From NCBI RefSeq assembly GCF_001194135.2, contig NC_068992.1, positions 18,261,298-18,325,297 of the forward strand: a stretch of DNA of 64,000 nt. The letters are read 5' to 3'. This DNA comes from Octopus bimaculoides. Its lineage: Eukaryota. This document shows positions 1-11,588 of the stretch, piece after piece. The first letter of the stretch is position 1, and each line of letters begins with the position of its first letter. The notes below the pieces were generated by a model. The model was not told where the DNA came from and searched no databases. It saw only the letters and a program-made list of their open reading frames with translations. Both the position numbers and the translations under genes were made by a program.

Positions 1-1533
1 CAAGAGGTGAAATCTCAATACTCGGTGTAAATATACGTAATTGACAAGAATGACACTGTAGGCTGAATGTTAAGTGAAATTGAAACATCAGTGACTGCGA
101 CGTTACAATATCTAATGATTTAAGTAAACTTAATATGGATAAAGGATGTTTAATGACACATTACGCGATCTATAAAGGAAACACAAGACTTCAACACACA
201 TACATACATATAAATATATAATATATGTGTGTGTGTGTGTGTGTGTGTGTTTGTTTCGATATATGTGTTCCTATGCACATATATATGCATACAAATATGA
301 ATGTAACTATTCATATATATGTAGGTATACGTATGTATGCATAATAGATTATTTGATCGAGTATCAAATCAAATTAACTATTGGTAACTAGTGGTAGTAT
401 TTACTTTGACTAGTAATCTGAACTAGTTGAAGAGAGATGGCAACGTGATATATATTAAAATATGAAGCGCAGTTGATAGCGGTGAATAGCAAAATGAAAT
501 ACATCATTCCATTTAATATAAACATCATGTTTATATTAGTATGTAATGTATATCTAGAGGGAGAAAGAGGCAGGGATAGATAGATAGATACATAGATAGG
601 TAGATAGAGATGGAGAAAAACGAGAGCTTGTAATAAATATGAATAATGAGAGAAAGAGAAGAATAACATAGACGAAACAAATGCTATTTTGTTTCCAAAT
701 AAATACAAACATATTTACACTAAGCGTAGAAGACATGGAATGCTTTCATAAGCATTGAATACAGTCGGTTAATGTATATGCTGAGTTGTTATTTGCTGCA
801 AAAGTATTTTCATTTCAACATATGTTACAAAATAGAAGTATTATAAAGAGTAGCTCATGATGAAAGCTATTAAATAGAGTAGAAAAGGTGCACATTACGT
901 CATTTGTAAATGAATCAATTTACATTCGGATTCTACGATTTTAGCAGTTGGTATCGATTTCATCTTTTTTCAGTTCACGAAGTGTCCTTTGAGCAATGAC
1001 ACTTTTATCATTTCGTCATCATGCTTTATTTGTTCGTTATTTTGTTGTTTTTTGTTCGATTAAATCTCAAAGAAAACTTTTGATGGTTTGATGGATAAAC
1101 CTTGCTCACTCGAACTCGCTTGTAAAACATACTTTACCTATGGTGGATATTGCTGTAATCTTCCTAAATGCAGGAGGTCTCATGCCCATCGAAAGCTTTG
1201 AAATGTAAAAAAAAATCATAAATGTAAGTATAAAATATAACAGAGGGACCAAGTTATACTTTTTATTACTATGCTTAAATTTCTCATGTCCCAGATGTCT
1301 TGAAGCGTAATGCCACTTTAAAAACGGAGATCGCTATATAATATTGAACATGTTAGACCTTTTTTTACTTCAATAACGTAGCAAGGATTTATCCTGAAAT
1401 GTTCTCATCTCTACAAAATTCTTCCTTTTATGGGTTAAGCCATGAGATGTGATATCAAAAACTAAACTTAAAATTTTAAAAATGTGTTATTGATTTAATA
1501 TTCAATGACGTTCTCCTGTGGTAATAACGAATT

Positions 1534-1735
1534 CTTCTTTTCTACTTTAGACACATGGCCCGAATTATTGAGGGAGGGGGCCAGCCGATTAGATCGAACC
1601 CAGTACACAAGTGGTACTGAATTTATCGTTACCGAAAGGATGAACGGCAAAGTCAACCTGCGCGGAATTTGAACTCAGAACGTAAACACAGACGAAATAC
1701 CGCTAAGCATTTCACCCGGTGTGCTAACGTTTCTT
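1534..1735 (-). mobile_element. tRNA-derived SINE, family A; copy lacking its own 5' head (distal half of a dimer)
   Basis: Minus strand carries the B-box GAGTTCAAATTCC (plus GGAATTTGAACTC at ~1664-1676) and the body shared with copies at 1736, 9535, 19805, 48385, 57636 and 58193. The sequence stops inside the A-box region at the junction with the next copy. Confidence 0.85.
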
Positions 1736-1975
1736 ATTTCTTTATTTCCCGCAAGGGGCTAAAGATAGAGAGGACAAACAAGTACAGACAAAGGGATTAA
1801 GTCGATTACATCGACGCCAGTGCGTTACTGGTACTTAATTTATTGACCCCGAAAAGATGAAAGGCAAAGGCAAGGTCGACCTCGGCGGAACTTCAATTCA
1901 GAACGCAACGGCAGACGAAATACCGCTAAGCATTTCGCCCAGCGCAGCAACGCTTCTGCCAGCTCGCCGCCTTAA
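1736..1975 (-). mobile_element. tRNA-derived SINE, family A; full-length copy
   Basis: Minus strand starts AAGGCGGCGAGCTGGCAGAAGCG (A-box-like), has a B-box-like GAATTGAAGTTCC, and ends in an A-rich tail GGAAATAAAGAAATAAG. The tail matches the 9535-9700 copy. Confidence 0.9.
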
Positions 1976-2084
1976 TAATAACGAATTATTATGACAATTC
2001 AGCGACTCTAACTACAGGTGCCCATCTCGTAACGTAAATTTGTACTCTTGCACTTTGAAAGGAGTTCTTTTACTTGAACTGACA

Positions 2085-2220
2085 AAAGGTTTGTGAGTGG
2101 GTTTCGTAGCCAGAAACTGAAAGAAGCCTGTCGTATATATATAGCTATCTATATATGTCTACGTGTGTGTCTTTGTGCCTGTACTTGTCCCCCGACCATC
2201 GTTTGACAACCGGTGTTACT
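2085..2220 (+). mobile_element. SINE family B internal fragment
   Basis: TTTGTGAGTGG...GAAACTGAAAGAAGCC-(TA/TG)n-...CATCGTTTGACAACC aligns with the fuller copy at 47709-48034. Confidence 0.8.
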
Positions 2221-4665
2221 TAGACAACATTTCGCAATGCCTTCGTTATAATTATATTCACTGAATTATTTCTACCAGTGTTAGACACGGTGAAAATAGA
2301 AATTGAAAAGTATATGAATAATTTTCTTTCGTTGATGTACTCCTGAGTATAGTGCCAGCTAAATGTTCTTGACTGTTGGAAATTAACCTGGGGCTCACTG
2401 AAAATTACACGGATGATTGACGAACGTAAATATTAATGTTTTTTCACTGAAAATTTCATGGATGATTGTTGAATGTAAATATATTTTTCTGACTGTTGAA
2501 CCCACAATCCAACAAGCATTAATAAGAAAGGCAGGTTAGCCTGATATTTAATAATTGCATCGCTTTGACAAAAGATTATCCACACCACTTTGAATAATAA
2601 AAATTATGAGCGAATAGGTGGCAACGAATCGAAGCAAGCAACATTATCATAAAATTATCCAATGCCACATTTTTCCTTTTAAAAAGCTTCAGAATGATTT
2701 GAGGGAAATTTGGTTAGTATTTATTGCCGTTCACACAATTATGTGGAAGATACTTCATTAGATACGGACGTGTTTTAAGTCATCGTAGAATTTGTCACTG
2801 TACACATATACAGAGACCTATTCAATACGTAATGATAAAATATGTAATTTCAAAAATAATTTTAAAGATTTTTGTCTTATAACAAAGAGAGATCAAAGAG
2901 AAATACTATACTTTACCGACAAGAACTTTTTCAGTGGCGTGTATTTTATAGACTAATGTAATTAATATATAATTAATATACACAGGCTCAAAAAACTAAA
3001 ACACGGTTTTCATATAACATACACGAAAATTAACTCACACATCTACGGGTATGATTTTGTCCGTGTCTGTGTTTGTGTGTGCATACACATATATACATAC
3101 ATATATATATATATNNNNNNNNNNNNNNNNNNNNNNNNNNNNNNNNNNNNNNNNNNNNNNNNNNNNNNNNNNNNNNNNNNNNNNNNNNNNNNNNNNNNNN
3201 NNNNNNNNNNNNNNNNNNNNNNNNNNNNNNNNNNNNNNNNNNNNNNNNNNNNNNNNNNNNNNNNNNNNNNNNNNNNNNNNNNNNNNNNNNNNNNNNNNNN
3301 NNNNNNNNNNNNNNNNNNNNNNNNNNNNNNNNNNNNNNNNNNNNNNNNNNNNNNNNNNNNNNNNNNNNNNNNNNNNNNNNNNNNNNNNNNNNNNNNAGAT
3401 ACATATGCATTCACTATTACGTTCAAAACGCGACCGAGAGTGATGGGGGGAGATTGAAAGCTGATGAGAGATATATTAGGTCACGAATATGTAAGTAGTA
3501 TCACGAAGTAATAACAAATAGGGGAAATATCATTTCGCTTTTGTTATACTTTTCTTTAACATCATATTTTGCAATCACACAAATATAAAATGTAATATAA
3601 TATAATATAATATAATATCATATAATATAATATTAATATATTATAATAAATAATATAATTTATATATATATTTCAATATATATATATATATATGCATGTA
3701 TGTATGTATGCATATTTTATATATATTATGTAAGTCAATAAACTTCAAAGAAGACGTTTGATGTATATGGTATTAGTTTAATGCTTAAAAGGTTGAAGTA
3801 AGTATGAACTATCTTAAGGTTACGGATATTAGACTCTAGGCGGAAAAAAAGTAGCATAGGAACGAAAAAATTGAAGTTGAATGAAGTATTAAGTACATAA
3901 AAAGAAAAGAAAAAAAAGATGACTAAAATCATAGAAATAGATAATATCCAAAAATTGATAAATATAAACACTGAAGGAGTATAAGCATATACTGTTGTTT
4001 TCATTCATTCGACTGCAACCAAGCTGCAACCAAGCTGCAACCGATTTCATGCAGGTAAACAAACACAACAGAAACATAAGAACGCACACAAACAAACACA
4101 TACACCCACAGACACAGACACAAGCATACACACAGTTTAAAACACGCATACACACACATACAATAAATGCTTTCAAATCGTGAGTTCAGATCCTTCGGAC
4201 TGCTTGGAGGCACATAAAACCTGCCTTGACACGCGTCTCAAATGCAACACTATTAGTATCAGTTCGTATCTTAATAATGTGTACACTAAATGTGCTAGAA
4301 GGAGTTCTTTTTTGTAGAAATTACTTTAACGGAACAGTAAACTCTATATGCATTCATACATATATAAGACTGTTTCTACGAAGTCACGTATTGTCCTTAC
4401 CTTCGTAACGCAGCGTAGATGAAACTGGAACAACTGATGAAGGAAATGTTCTTTACGCTGCATGTTTCGGCTCTCTGTTTTTTTTTTTCGTCGTTCGAAA
4501 AAATGTTCGTTTTCTATGTTTTTGCTTTTATGCTTTCGTTTCTCATTGATGTCCTGTACCCAAATATGCATGTATATATACATATATATGTAGGTATATA
4601 CATATATGTATGTATGAATATATTTATATATTATTTATATTATATCATATTACATTATATTATAT

Positions 4666-4703
<38 letters not shown>

Positions 4704-4991
4704 NNNNNNNNNNNNNNNNNNNNNNNNNNNNNNNNNNNNNNNNNNNNNNNNNNNNNNNNNNNNNNNNNNNNNNNNNNNNNNNNNNNNNNNNNNNNNNNNN
4801 NNNNNNNNNNNNNNNNNNNNNNNNNNNNNNNNNNNNNNNNNNNNNNNNNNNNNNNNNNNNNNNNNNNNNNNNNNNNNNNNNNNNNNNNNNNNNNNNNNNN
4901 NNNNNNNNNNNNNNNNNNNNNNNNNNNNNNNNNNNNNNNNNNNNNNNNNNNNNNNNNNNNNNNNNNNNNNNNNNNNNNNNNNNNNNNNNNN

Positions 4992-5022
<31 letters not shown>

Positions 5023-6004
5023 TGCGCCGTGATTTTTTCAGTTTTCGTATACCAAAATCACATACAGTTGTATGGTCATCCCATGACTACAGTAATAGAC
5101 ATTTGCCTGTCGTGCATTGAAGTGGGACTGAACCCAAGAATAAATGGCTATGAAGCAAATTTTTTCCAAATAGCCACCCTTGTACTTACGAAGACATACC
5201 TTAATAAATATTTGTGCCCTCCACCGTGTGTATTTTTAAATATAATAAACGTAATATATAAGTTAAATGTTTCTTAAGATATTTATATAGATGTGAAGGC
5301 ATTTCATTATTTTCTTCTTGCACGTGAAATACTGTCCTCCTATTTGTTAACTGTTTTCGGTAACACGTCATATCAGAAGTACCTCTTATTATTTTTCTAA
5401 CGAAGATATTTTATATGAATTAACTATTTAAATTAATCACAACCCAAAACTGTGTTAAGGTGGCTAGATTGAATTTACATACGTTGCATCTATGATGATG
5501 TGATTAATAATTAACATATAAGTTAATTTTAAACTTGTTAATTTTCGAAGTGCGAAGTTGATAATAAGTTGAATGTATATAAGTGTGTTTGATTCTCTCG
5601 CTATCTATCTCTATCTCCATCTCTACATCTCTCTCTCCATCTCTATATCTCTCTCCCCCCTCTCTCTGCCTTTCCTGTCTATGTATCTATCTAGATGTAC
5701 CTATGTAATTGAGTATCTATGCACGCACACACAAACACAGACACATATTTATGCATACATACATATACACATGCATATATATATATACATGCATATATGC
5801 ATATGTTCCTAGACATTTACACACACACACACATACACTGATACCCACACACACATAGATAAACACACTTACAAACACATATACATCTATATATTCACAA
5901 TGTATCCATAAAGTCATGATGCAATTTAAAATACTTGTATCTTCGAAACTGTACATAATAGAAATAATCTGTAAAAAGGATGAGAAATCAGATTGACCTA
6001 AATT

Positions 6005-7010
6005 TTTTATTCATCATTACCAATGCAAAGAGAAATACGATTCTGTAGTTCTCGGTAAACTTATTCTAGCTGATTTTCAGTAACACCTTCAATCATATAA
6101 GTTAGTCTTCCTTTCAAGTCTTCTAAAGATCAAAGCTTTATTAAGTAACAATACCTTTCGCATGTCTCCATAAAATGAGATCCCATCGAGTCAAATCTGG
6201 TCAAAATAAAGATCCACCCCTTCCAATCCATCCGTTAGGGAATTTCTCATTTTGAAACTGCCTAACTTGCAGAGCAAAGTGACAAAGTTCACCATCTTGT
6301 ATTCTCTATCAGCTCTAATTGTTTATGTTTCGGAATTAAGCAATATTGTGGCATTTCTAAATAGTTGTCACCAGTAACAACACGTTCTTCAAAAAGGAAT
6401 GACCCTATGTTTTGATTCCTTCCCAGGGCACACCAATAATTAACTTTGGGAGAATCTCTTTCACGTTCAATAGTGCCACGTGGTCTTTCAGTTCCTCAAA
6501 TATGGCAATTTAGCCTGTAGACCTTGGACTAATTTGGAATGTTGCTTCGTCGCAGAACATTGAATTATTCAACAACGCATAATCAGTATTAATCGTTTCA
6601 TTGATTTGATGACAGAAAGTAAGTAATGCGTGAAAATCTTATTCTAACAACATTTGAAGACTCTGCATTATGTACGCTTTCATTTTAATATTTTTTCCGC
6701 AGAATCTTATGCATAGTAGATTTTGAATGTTTCATCACCAAAGATGTTAGTCTTAGACTCTTTCTCGTACTTCTTTCAAAGGATTCTTCTATACATGCTA
6801 CAGCTCTTTCATCAACACATGGTCTGTCAGACCGCGTGGTTTATCAATAACAGAGCTTGTTTCCTTACATTACTTCATCCATCTGACTATGCAATTCCTG
6901 CGCTGTGCTTCTTTATTGTTCTGGGTTCTAAACCTTCTTTGGACATCGACAATACATTTCTGCTCAGCCAACCAAAGAACGCAGATTACTTTGTCTTCTA
7001 ATGAAGCCGT
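6005..7010 (-). pseudogene. Decayed near-full-length Tc1/mariner transposase, DD41D (rosa/Visitor-like) type
   Basis: Manual minus-strand translation across stops and frameshifts gives, in order: HTH region (KCIVDVQRRFRT; ERSTRKSLRLTS; KSTMHKILRK), FCDEATF (~6550), ERDSPKVNYWC, GSFLFEERVVTGDNYLEM, QDG..CHFALQVRQF..EKFPNGWIGRGG (~6290), PDLTRWDLILWRHAKGIV (~6190). The D-to-D spacing of 41 was obtained by restoring the deleted WPPRS from the family pattern. The start codon is mutated to ACG at 7008-7010. Confidence 0.88.
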
Positions 7011-7183
7011 GAATCAAGAGCAATTCTAAAAAAATGAATTCATTTTTAAGTTTCAGAAATTGTGGAAAATATTTGGAAAAATAAATAAATAAAGCATCAG
7101 AAGAAGAAAAAAATAGACACATGAAGCTTTCTTATCCGTTTTAGTGATAAAGTCTGTCATGCATAGTTCCGAATCTACAAGCA

Positions 7184-7560
7184 CAGGGTGTCACAATAAA
7201 TTTGACATCATTTCATAGTCATATAACATAGACAAATCTTGCTCAGATAATTTAAAATTGTAACAAAATGTGTAAAAGCTAACCAAGTCTGGATCGGGTG
7301 AGCCAGTGATAATGACAATGTGCTGTTGAAATGGTCACCACCTTCAACTTTCTTGACAGCTTGTGATTTTTTTCTATGTAGCTATGTGAAAGGACTGGCC
7401 TATATCCCACTGTTCCTACAAGCCTAGCGGAACTGAATCAAAATCCCCGAGGTGCTGGAGAATGTTACATAAGGCACGCTACAACGTGTTTGGCAGGAGC
7501 TGGGCTACTGACTCGATGTGTGTTGTGTCACTGGCGCTGTGCATGTTGAACACTTGTGAG
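7184..7560 (+). mobile_element. Tc1/mariner (DD41D-like) internal-deletion derivative carrying the transposase C-terminus
   Basis: Starts with the TIR-like CAGGGTGTCACAATAAA. Encodes decayed WIG..., KWSPPSTFLTACDFFLCSYVKGLAY and LQRVWQELGY*LDVCCVTGAVHVEHL*. The right TIR was not found. Confidence 0.75.
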
Positions 7561-7635
7561 GGTTTGTTAAATCGTTTATAAAATCTACAACCCTCTGAAT
7601 TTCTTGTTAGAATTTTGATAAATAAATCTTTTCTT

Positions 7636-7823
7636 ACAGTTCTATATTTAAGACATGAAGAATCATGTACATTATTTACATTAATTACATTTGACAGATA
7701 TTTGTCCTCTCTTTGTTTGTTGTTAACACAACGTTTCGGCTGATATACCCTCCACCCTTCATCAGGTGTCTTGGAGAAATTTCGAACCTTGGTTCTTATT
7801 CCTAAGGTACTTTTAGATGTTAT
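7636..7823 (-). mobile_element. Inverted copy of the hammerhead-bearing tail (PLE pLTR-like)
   Basis: Reverse complement aligns with 7911-8062 at roughly 85-90% by eye and abuts the tRNA-like head at 7824. Confidence 0.88.
7725..7770 (-). ncRNA. Minimal type-I hammerhead ribozyme motif, one stem-II mismatch
   Basis: Minus strand reads GACAC CTGATGA A GGGTG gagggtatat CAGCC GAAAC GTT GTGTT. The core is intact; stem II has a G:G mismatch from the substitution at 7755. Confidence 0.72.
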
Positions 7824-8062
7824 GACATAGTCGTTTTGATCGCGGGTTACAAACCCCAAGATGCCGAGTTCGATTCCAAGCAGTGACCTGAATAATAATA
7901 ACAATAATAATAACATCGAAAAATACCTTAAGAATGGGAACCCAAGTTCGAAATTTCCCCAAGACACCTGATGAAGGCTGGAGGGTATATCAGCCGAAAC
8001 GTTGTGTTAGCAACAAACAAGATGAGAGCAAATGTCAGTCAAATGGAAATAATGTAAATAGT
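7824..8062 (+). mobile_element. SINE-like element: tRNA-like Pol III head + (AAT)n + hammerhead-bearing tail
   Basis: Decayed A-box-like GACATAGTCGTT at 7824; anticodon-arm-like GGG-TTACAAA-CCC; B-box GAGTTCGATTCC at 7866-7877; (AAT)n at 7891-7913; then the tail with the hammerhead. Confidence 0.8.
7963..8008 (+). ncRNA. Minimal type-I hammerhead ribozyme motif (predicted cleavage after U8003)
   Basis: Stem I GACAC/GTGTT; core CTGATGA at 7968-7974 plus one extra A; stem II GGCTG/CAGCC is perfect; GAAA at 7996-7999; helix III is reduced to the palindrome AACGTT (7998-8003); NUH triplet is GUU. Confidence 0.82.
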
Positions 8063-8327
8063 GCAGATATGTTATTTGTTTTATTTTTACACATGAAGAT
8101 TCAACAGTTGCATTGAAGCAATGTTTGGACAGTGTGTAGAAGAATTTACTTGATTGCTTCGGCCTCAATAATTTTTCTGGTACTTTTTACCTCTATTTTT
8201 GGATGGCAGGAAATGTAACGTAATTATTGTAAGGAGATATAACTTGTTTAGATATAAATTTTGCAAATATTTATATTTGAATGAACACACAATTGTTAAC
8301 GACCTCAATAACATATGTATATGTGCT

Positions 8328-9160
8328 AATGTTACTCGAAAATTCCTTGCTCTACTCGATAAACATTTCCTCAATTCAAGTTAGTACAAGCAATTACTTT
8401 ATCGCCCTTCAGTAAACTTATCCTCTTCAACCACCAGACAGTTGGCTGAAATTATTGCAGCACGTACAAATCTAAAATTAAATGGTAACTCAACTCAAAA
8501 TTAGAAGGAATGATTTGAACTGACAACTTGAAATGCGAGATAAACTCTAACGATATTTTCATGAACTAGCTTTGGAATGTTTTTGGTGAAGGCTACTCAA
8601 ACTGTGTAATTGATAGTAATTTTAAGATATCACCTAATGATAATATTAATAATAATACTGCAAATTATCCTGGTTTAACAATTAATTCTGAAAGTAGAAT
8701 TTATACTAATTCTTCTAGCCATAAGCACTTGAAACAAGTGAATAAACGCCTTCGTTATTTCAAAACAAAATTGTCTACCCTTTAGAAAATCATTGTTGGA
8801 GGAAGAATGCAGTATATCAATGCAAAGTAATTACAGAGGATTGCACATATTCCAAAGGTGCTTTTGTTAAAATTTGGAAATCTAGATTACATAACCATTC
8901 TTTATAATCTAAGTGTTGAAGAAAATGTAATATGTAATAATACACATCTTAGTAAATGTAAACGACAGGAACATTCACTACGATATAAAGTGGTCTATTA
9001 TTAGTTATGCTCTACTGTAAAACACAGGTAATTTTAAATGTGATCTTTGCCGAGAGGAAATGTACTATATAATCCCTTCAAAATTAGATTTATTGAACTG
9101 CAGAACCGAAACGATCCTACATTAAACTGCCCCATAAATATAGAAAAACATTTAAATATC
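8328..9160 (+). pseudogene. Penelope-like element relic: post-RT region, linker and GIY-YIG endonuclease
   Basis: Decayed frames NVTRKFLALLDKHF; YPLENHCWRKNAVYQCKV..WKSRLHNH; NTHLSK; YDIKWSIISYA..NTGNFKCDLCREEMYYII..LLNCRTE. These match PLE patterns (KFL.L.DKHFP; CPL...C...NVIY; W.I...; C.LC..EK..LLN.R.E). Confidence 0.82.
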
Positions 9161-9534
9161 TCAATAGTAAATAGCATCTTGATTATAATTGATTTCACTG
9201 CATTCTAATAAGCATAATTTGTCTAAGCTTTTAGCCTATACTATATTAATATCTAGATAGCTAAATGCCGTGACTTAGAATTTCTATGTTTATCTTTATT
9301 TTTATCATTCTCTACCGATGTCATCATAACGTCAAAAACTAAACTAATTTTTCATATAATATTTTATTTCTTCTTAACGCTCTTTTGGTATGCGTCCCAG
9401 TATCAGAGATATTATCTAAGTTCATTTTGACTTCAACGCGTTTTGGGTTAACATGTTAACATTGCGTTAGCATAAGTTTTCGGATATATTGATTTATACA
9501 ATTTTCTATATCTAAATATGCCTCCACAATGGAA

Positions 9535-9700
9535 ACGTTCTGAGTTCAAATTCTTCCGAAGTTGGCTTTATCTTTTTCATCCTTTCGGGGTCGATAAAAT
9601 AAGTGCCAGTTATGCACTGGGGTCGATGTAATGGGCTTAATCCCTTTGCCTGTCCTTGTTTGCTCCCTCTATGCTTAGATCCCTGTGGGCAATAAGGAAA
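9535..9700 (+). mobile_element. SINE family A, 5'-truncated
   Basis: B-box GAGTTCAAATTC at 9542-9553; body and tail (…GGGCAATAAGGAAA) match the 1736-1975 copy. Confidence 0.85.
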
Positions 9701-9703
9701 TCG

Positions 9704-10317
9704 ATATTATCATACGCAACATCAAATAACTTACAATACAACATCCATTAGACCAATATGATGCTAAACGAGGAGATCACTAATAATACTAATGGTGATA
9801 AAGATAGAAATAATCTTTCAGTGACGGGTTACAATAGTAAAGAAGAAAGTAATCAAGGCTGTCAAAATAGCTCTGATAAAAATAATAATATAGACGATAG
9901 CAAAAATAATCCAAGTGCTGAAAATCTTTATAAGGGTAGTACTGGAACATGAACAAGCATAGTACTGCGGTGGACATCAACAGCACTAATAACAGCCATA
10001 GAAATAATAAAGGAAAACTTAGAAATAGAAAAAGGGGTTATTACCGAATATAAAATAGTGTCGTAAAGAATTGTAAATCTAAGGACAGGAACGCATTCCC
10101 CCTGGGAAATTAATGCCTTCGTAAGAATGTAATATACAAATGTACTATTAGATCGTTAACAGATGCATTTGCATATATGAGTGTGATTCCAGATTGCTTC
10201 AAACATCAATATCGGAACCACCTTACATCGCTTAAAAACAATAAGAAGGCACACTGCAAATCACTCTTTGACCTAGGTTCTACACTTGAGGACGGAAAAA
10301 TACAGTATCACAAATAA
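9704..10317 (+). pseudogene. Penelope-like element relic: N-rich linker plus GIY-YIG endonuclease
   Basis: ILSYATSNNLQYNIH is in frame with the Asn-rich ORF 9758-9952. From 10069: NCKSKDRNAFPLGN*CLRKNVIYKCTIR..AYM....FKHQYRNHLTSLKN. Confidence 0.82.
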
Positions 10318-11359
10318 TGAAACTCATCTTATTCCTAATGACGAGTTTCAGCTTCTACTAAATTAGAGTGACCTAAACAATTTTTCTCAGACCTTTGGAT
10401 GTGCATCTTGTATGATTGGATTATCCAGGGGCCAAATCTCCGAGTAAAGTTACCGCCAATGACACTTAACAAATCCATTTAAGTAGCAGAGTCACTCGTG
10501 ATATATTCTGTTTACCGTAAGAAGAAAGACGATAATAAATAAAACCAAAATATGAGACAGTGAACATCTATATAAATACCAATCACTCTAGAAATATTAG
10601 TAGAAACTTAGTAACCGTTTGAAATAGAAATGTCTTTAATATATCACAAGCTCTTTTTCTTTTAAGATTGTCATAAGATATTGCGATTGGGTGAAAAGCA
10701 ATTTTATACAAGATAGGGTTTACCTCACTGCATTTCCAAATGCGTATTCTATCTGACAGTATCCGAAGACTGCTAAAGGCTCAATATTTTTACATGTTTT
10801 GGACTAAAAAAACTAACGTTTTTAGTCCCCACTTCCATTTCGCAATGGATTTGGTGTTTTAGAAACGAAATAATTATGAATTCTATCAACTTAACTATAG
10901 CATATTCCAACTGGCTCTGTAACCGTAGAATTTGCATATCTAAATAAGCTGAAGAAAATAAAGCAATCACCGATAGTTCTCAGAAAATCCCAGTAGCCAA
11001 AACCGTGCATTTCATTTAGCGAACGATGAGCCGGCTAAGCATCGCGAGACAAGCTTTACGAATTAAAATTTCCGATTAGGATCCGTGTTGCGTAACCTAT
11101 TTTCTCGATTAATATATATCTTGGCTAGGAAGTCTCCTTACAAATGAGTGAGAGCTACATCATCCTCGACCTCGTGACCTATCTCAATATATAAGAATCG
11201 AGTTTACTTACGACTAATAAAGAGCAACTTCATCGGGAATTTGGGAATCACTTTCCATTCATGAAAAATTTATGAAAGATCATGGAGTTAAATTAAGTGA
11301 AGTAGAGAATCAGTCGCTGTTTAATTATAAATATTTATGAATTCTGCAGAATATATCAG

Positions 11360-11360
<1 letters not shown>

Positions 11361-11423
<63 letters not shown>

Positions 11424-11546
11424 NNNNNNNNNNNNNNNNNNNNNNNNNNNNNNNNNNNNNNNNNNNNNNNNNNNNNNNNNNNNNNNNNNNNNNNNNNNNN
11501 NNNNNNNNNNNNNNNNNNNNNNNNNNNNNNNNNNNNNNNNNNNNNN

Positions 11547-11585
<39 letters not shown>
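11361..11585. repeat. (CT)n and (TA)n microsatellites flanking an assembly gap
   Basis: Direct reading; gap at 11424-11546. Confidence 0.95.

Positions 11586-11588
<3 letters not shown>

Noticed and set aside
1139-1196. Isolated AG/GT-bounded exon candidates here and near 10393-10445, 10745-10790, 14800-14920, 17174-17251, 28523-28633, 51021-51050
   Set aside because: No recognisable protein and no consistent phase chain; such sites are expected by chance in AT-rich DNA.
2396-2490. Diverged ~48-bp tandem duplication; also an 11-bp x3 repeat at ~4014-4043 and a 17-bp repeat at ~13806-13846
   Set aside because: Ordinary local slippage duplications with no sign of function.
4190-4245. Possible third hammerhead on the minus strand (GGCAGG..CCTCC)
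   Set aside because: Neither CUGANGA nor GAAA is present, so it cannot be supported from this copy.
7824-7890. Functional tRNA gene (also considered at 47709 and 62979)
   Set aside because: The T-stem and acceptor stem do not pair and the heads run into SINE bodies.
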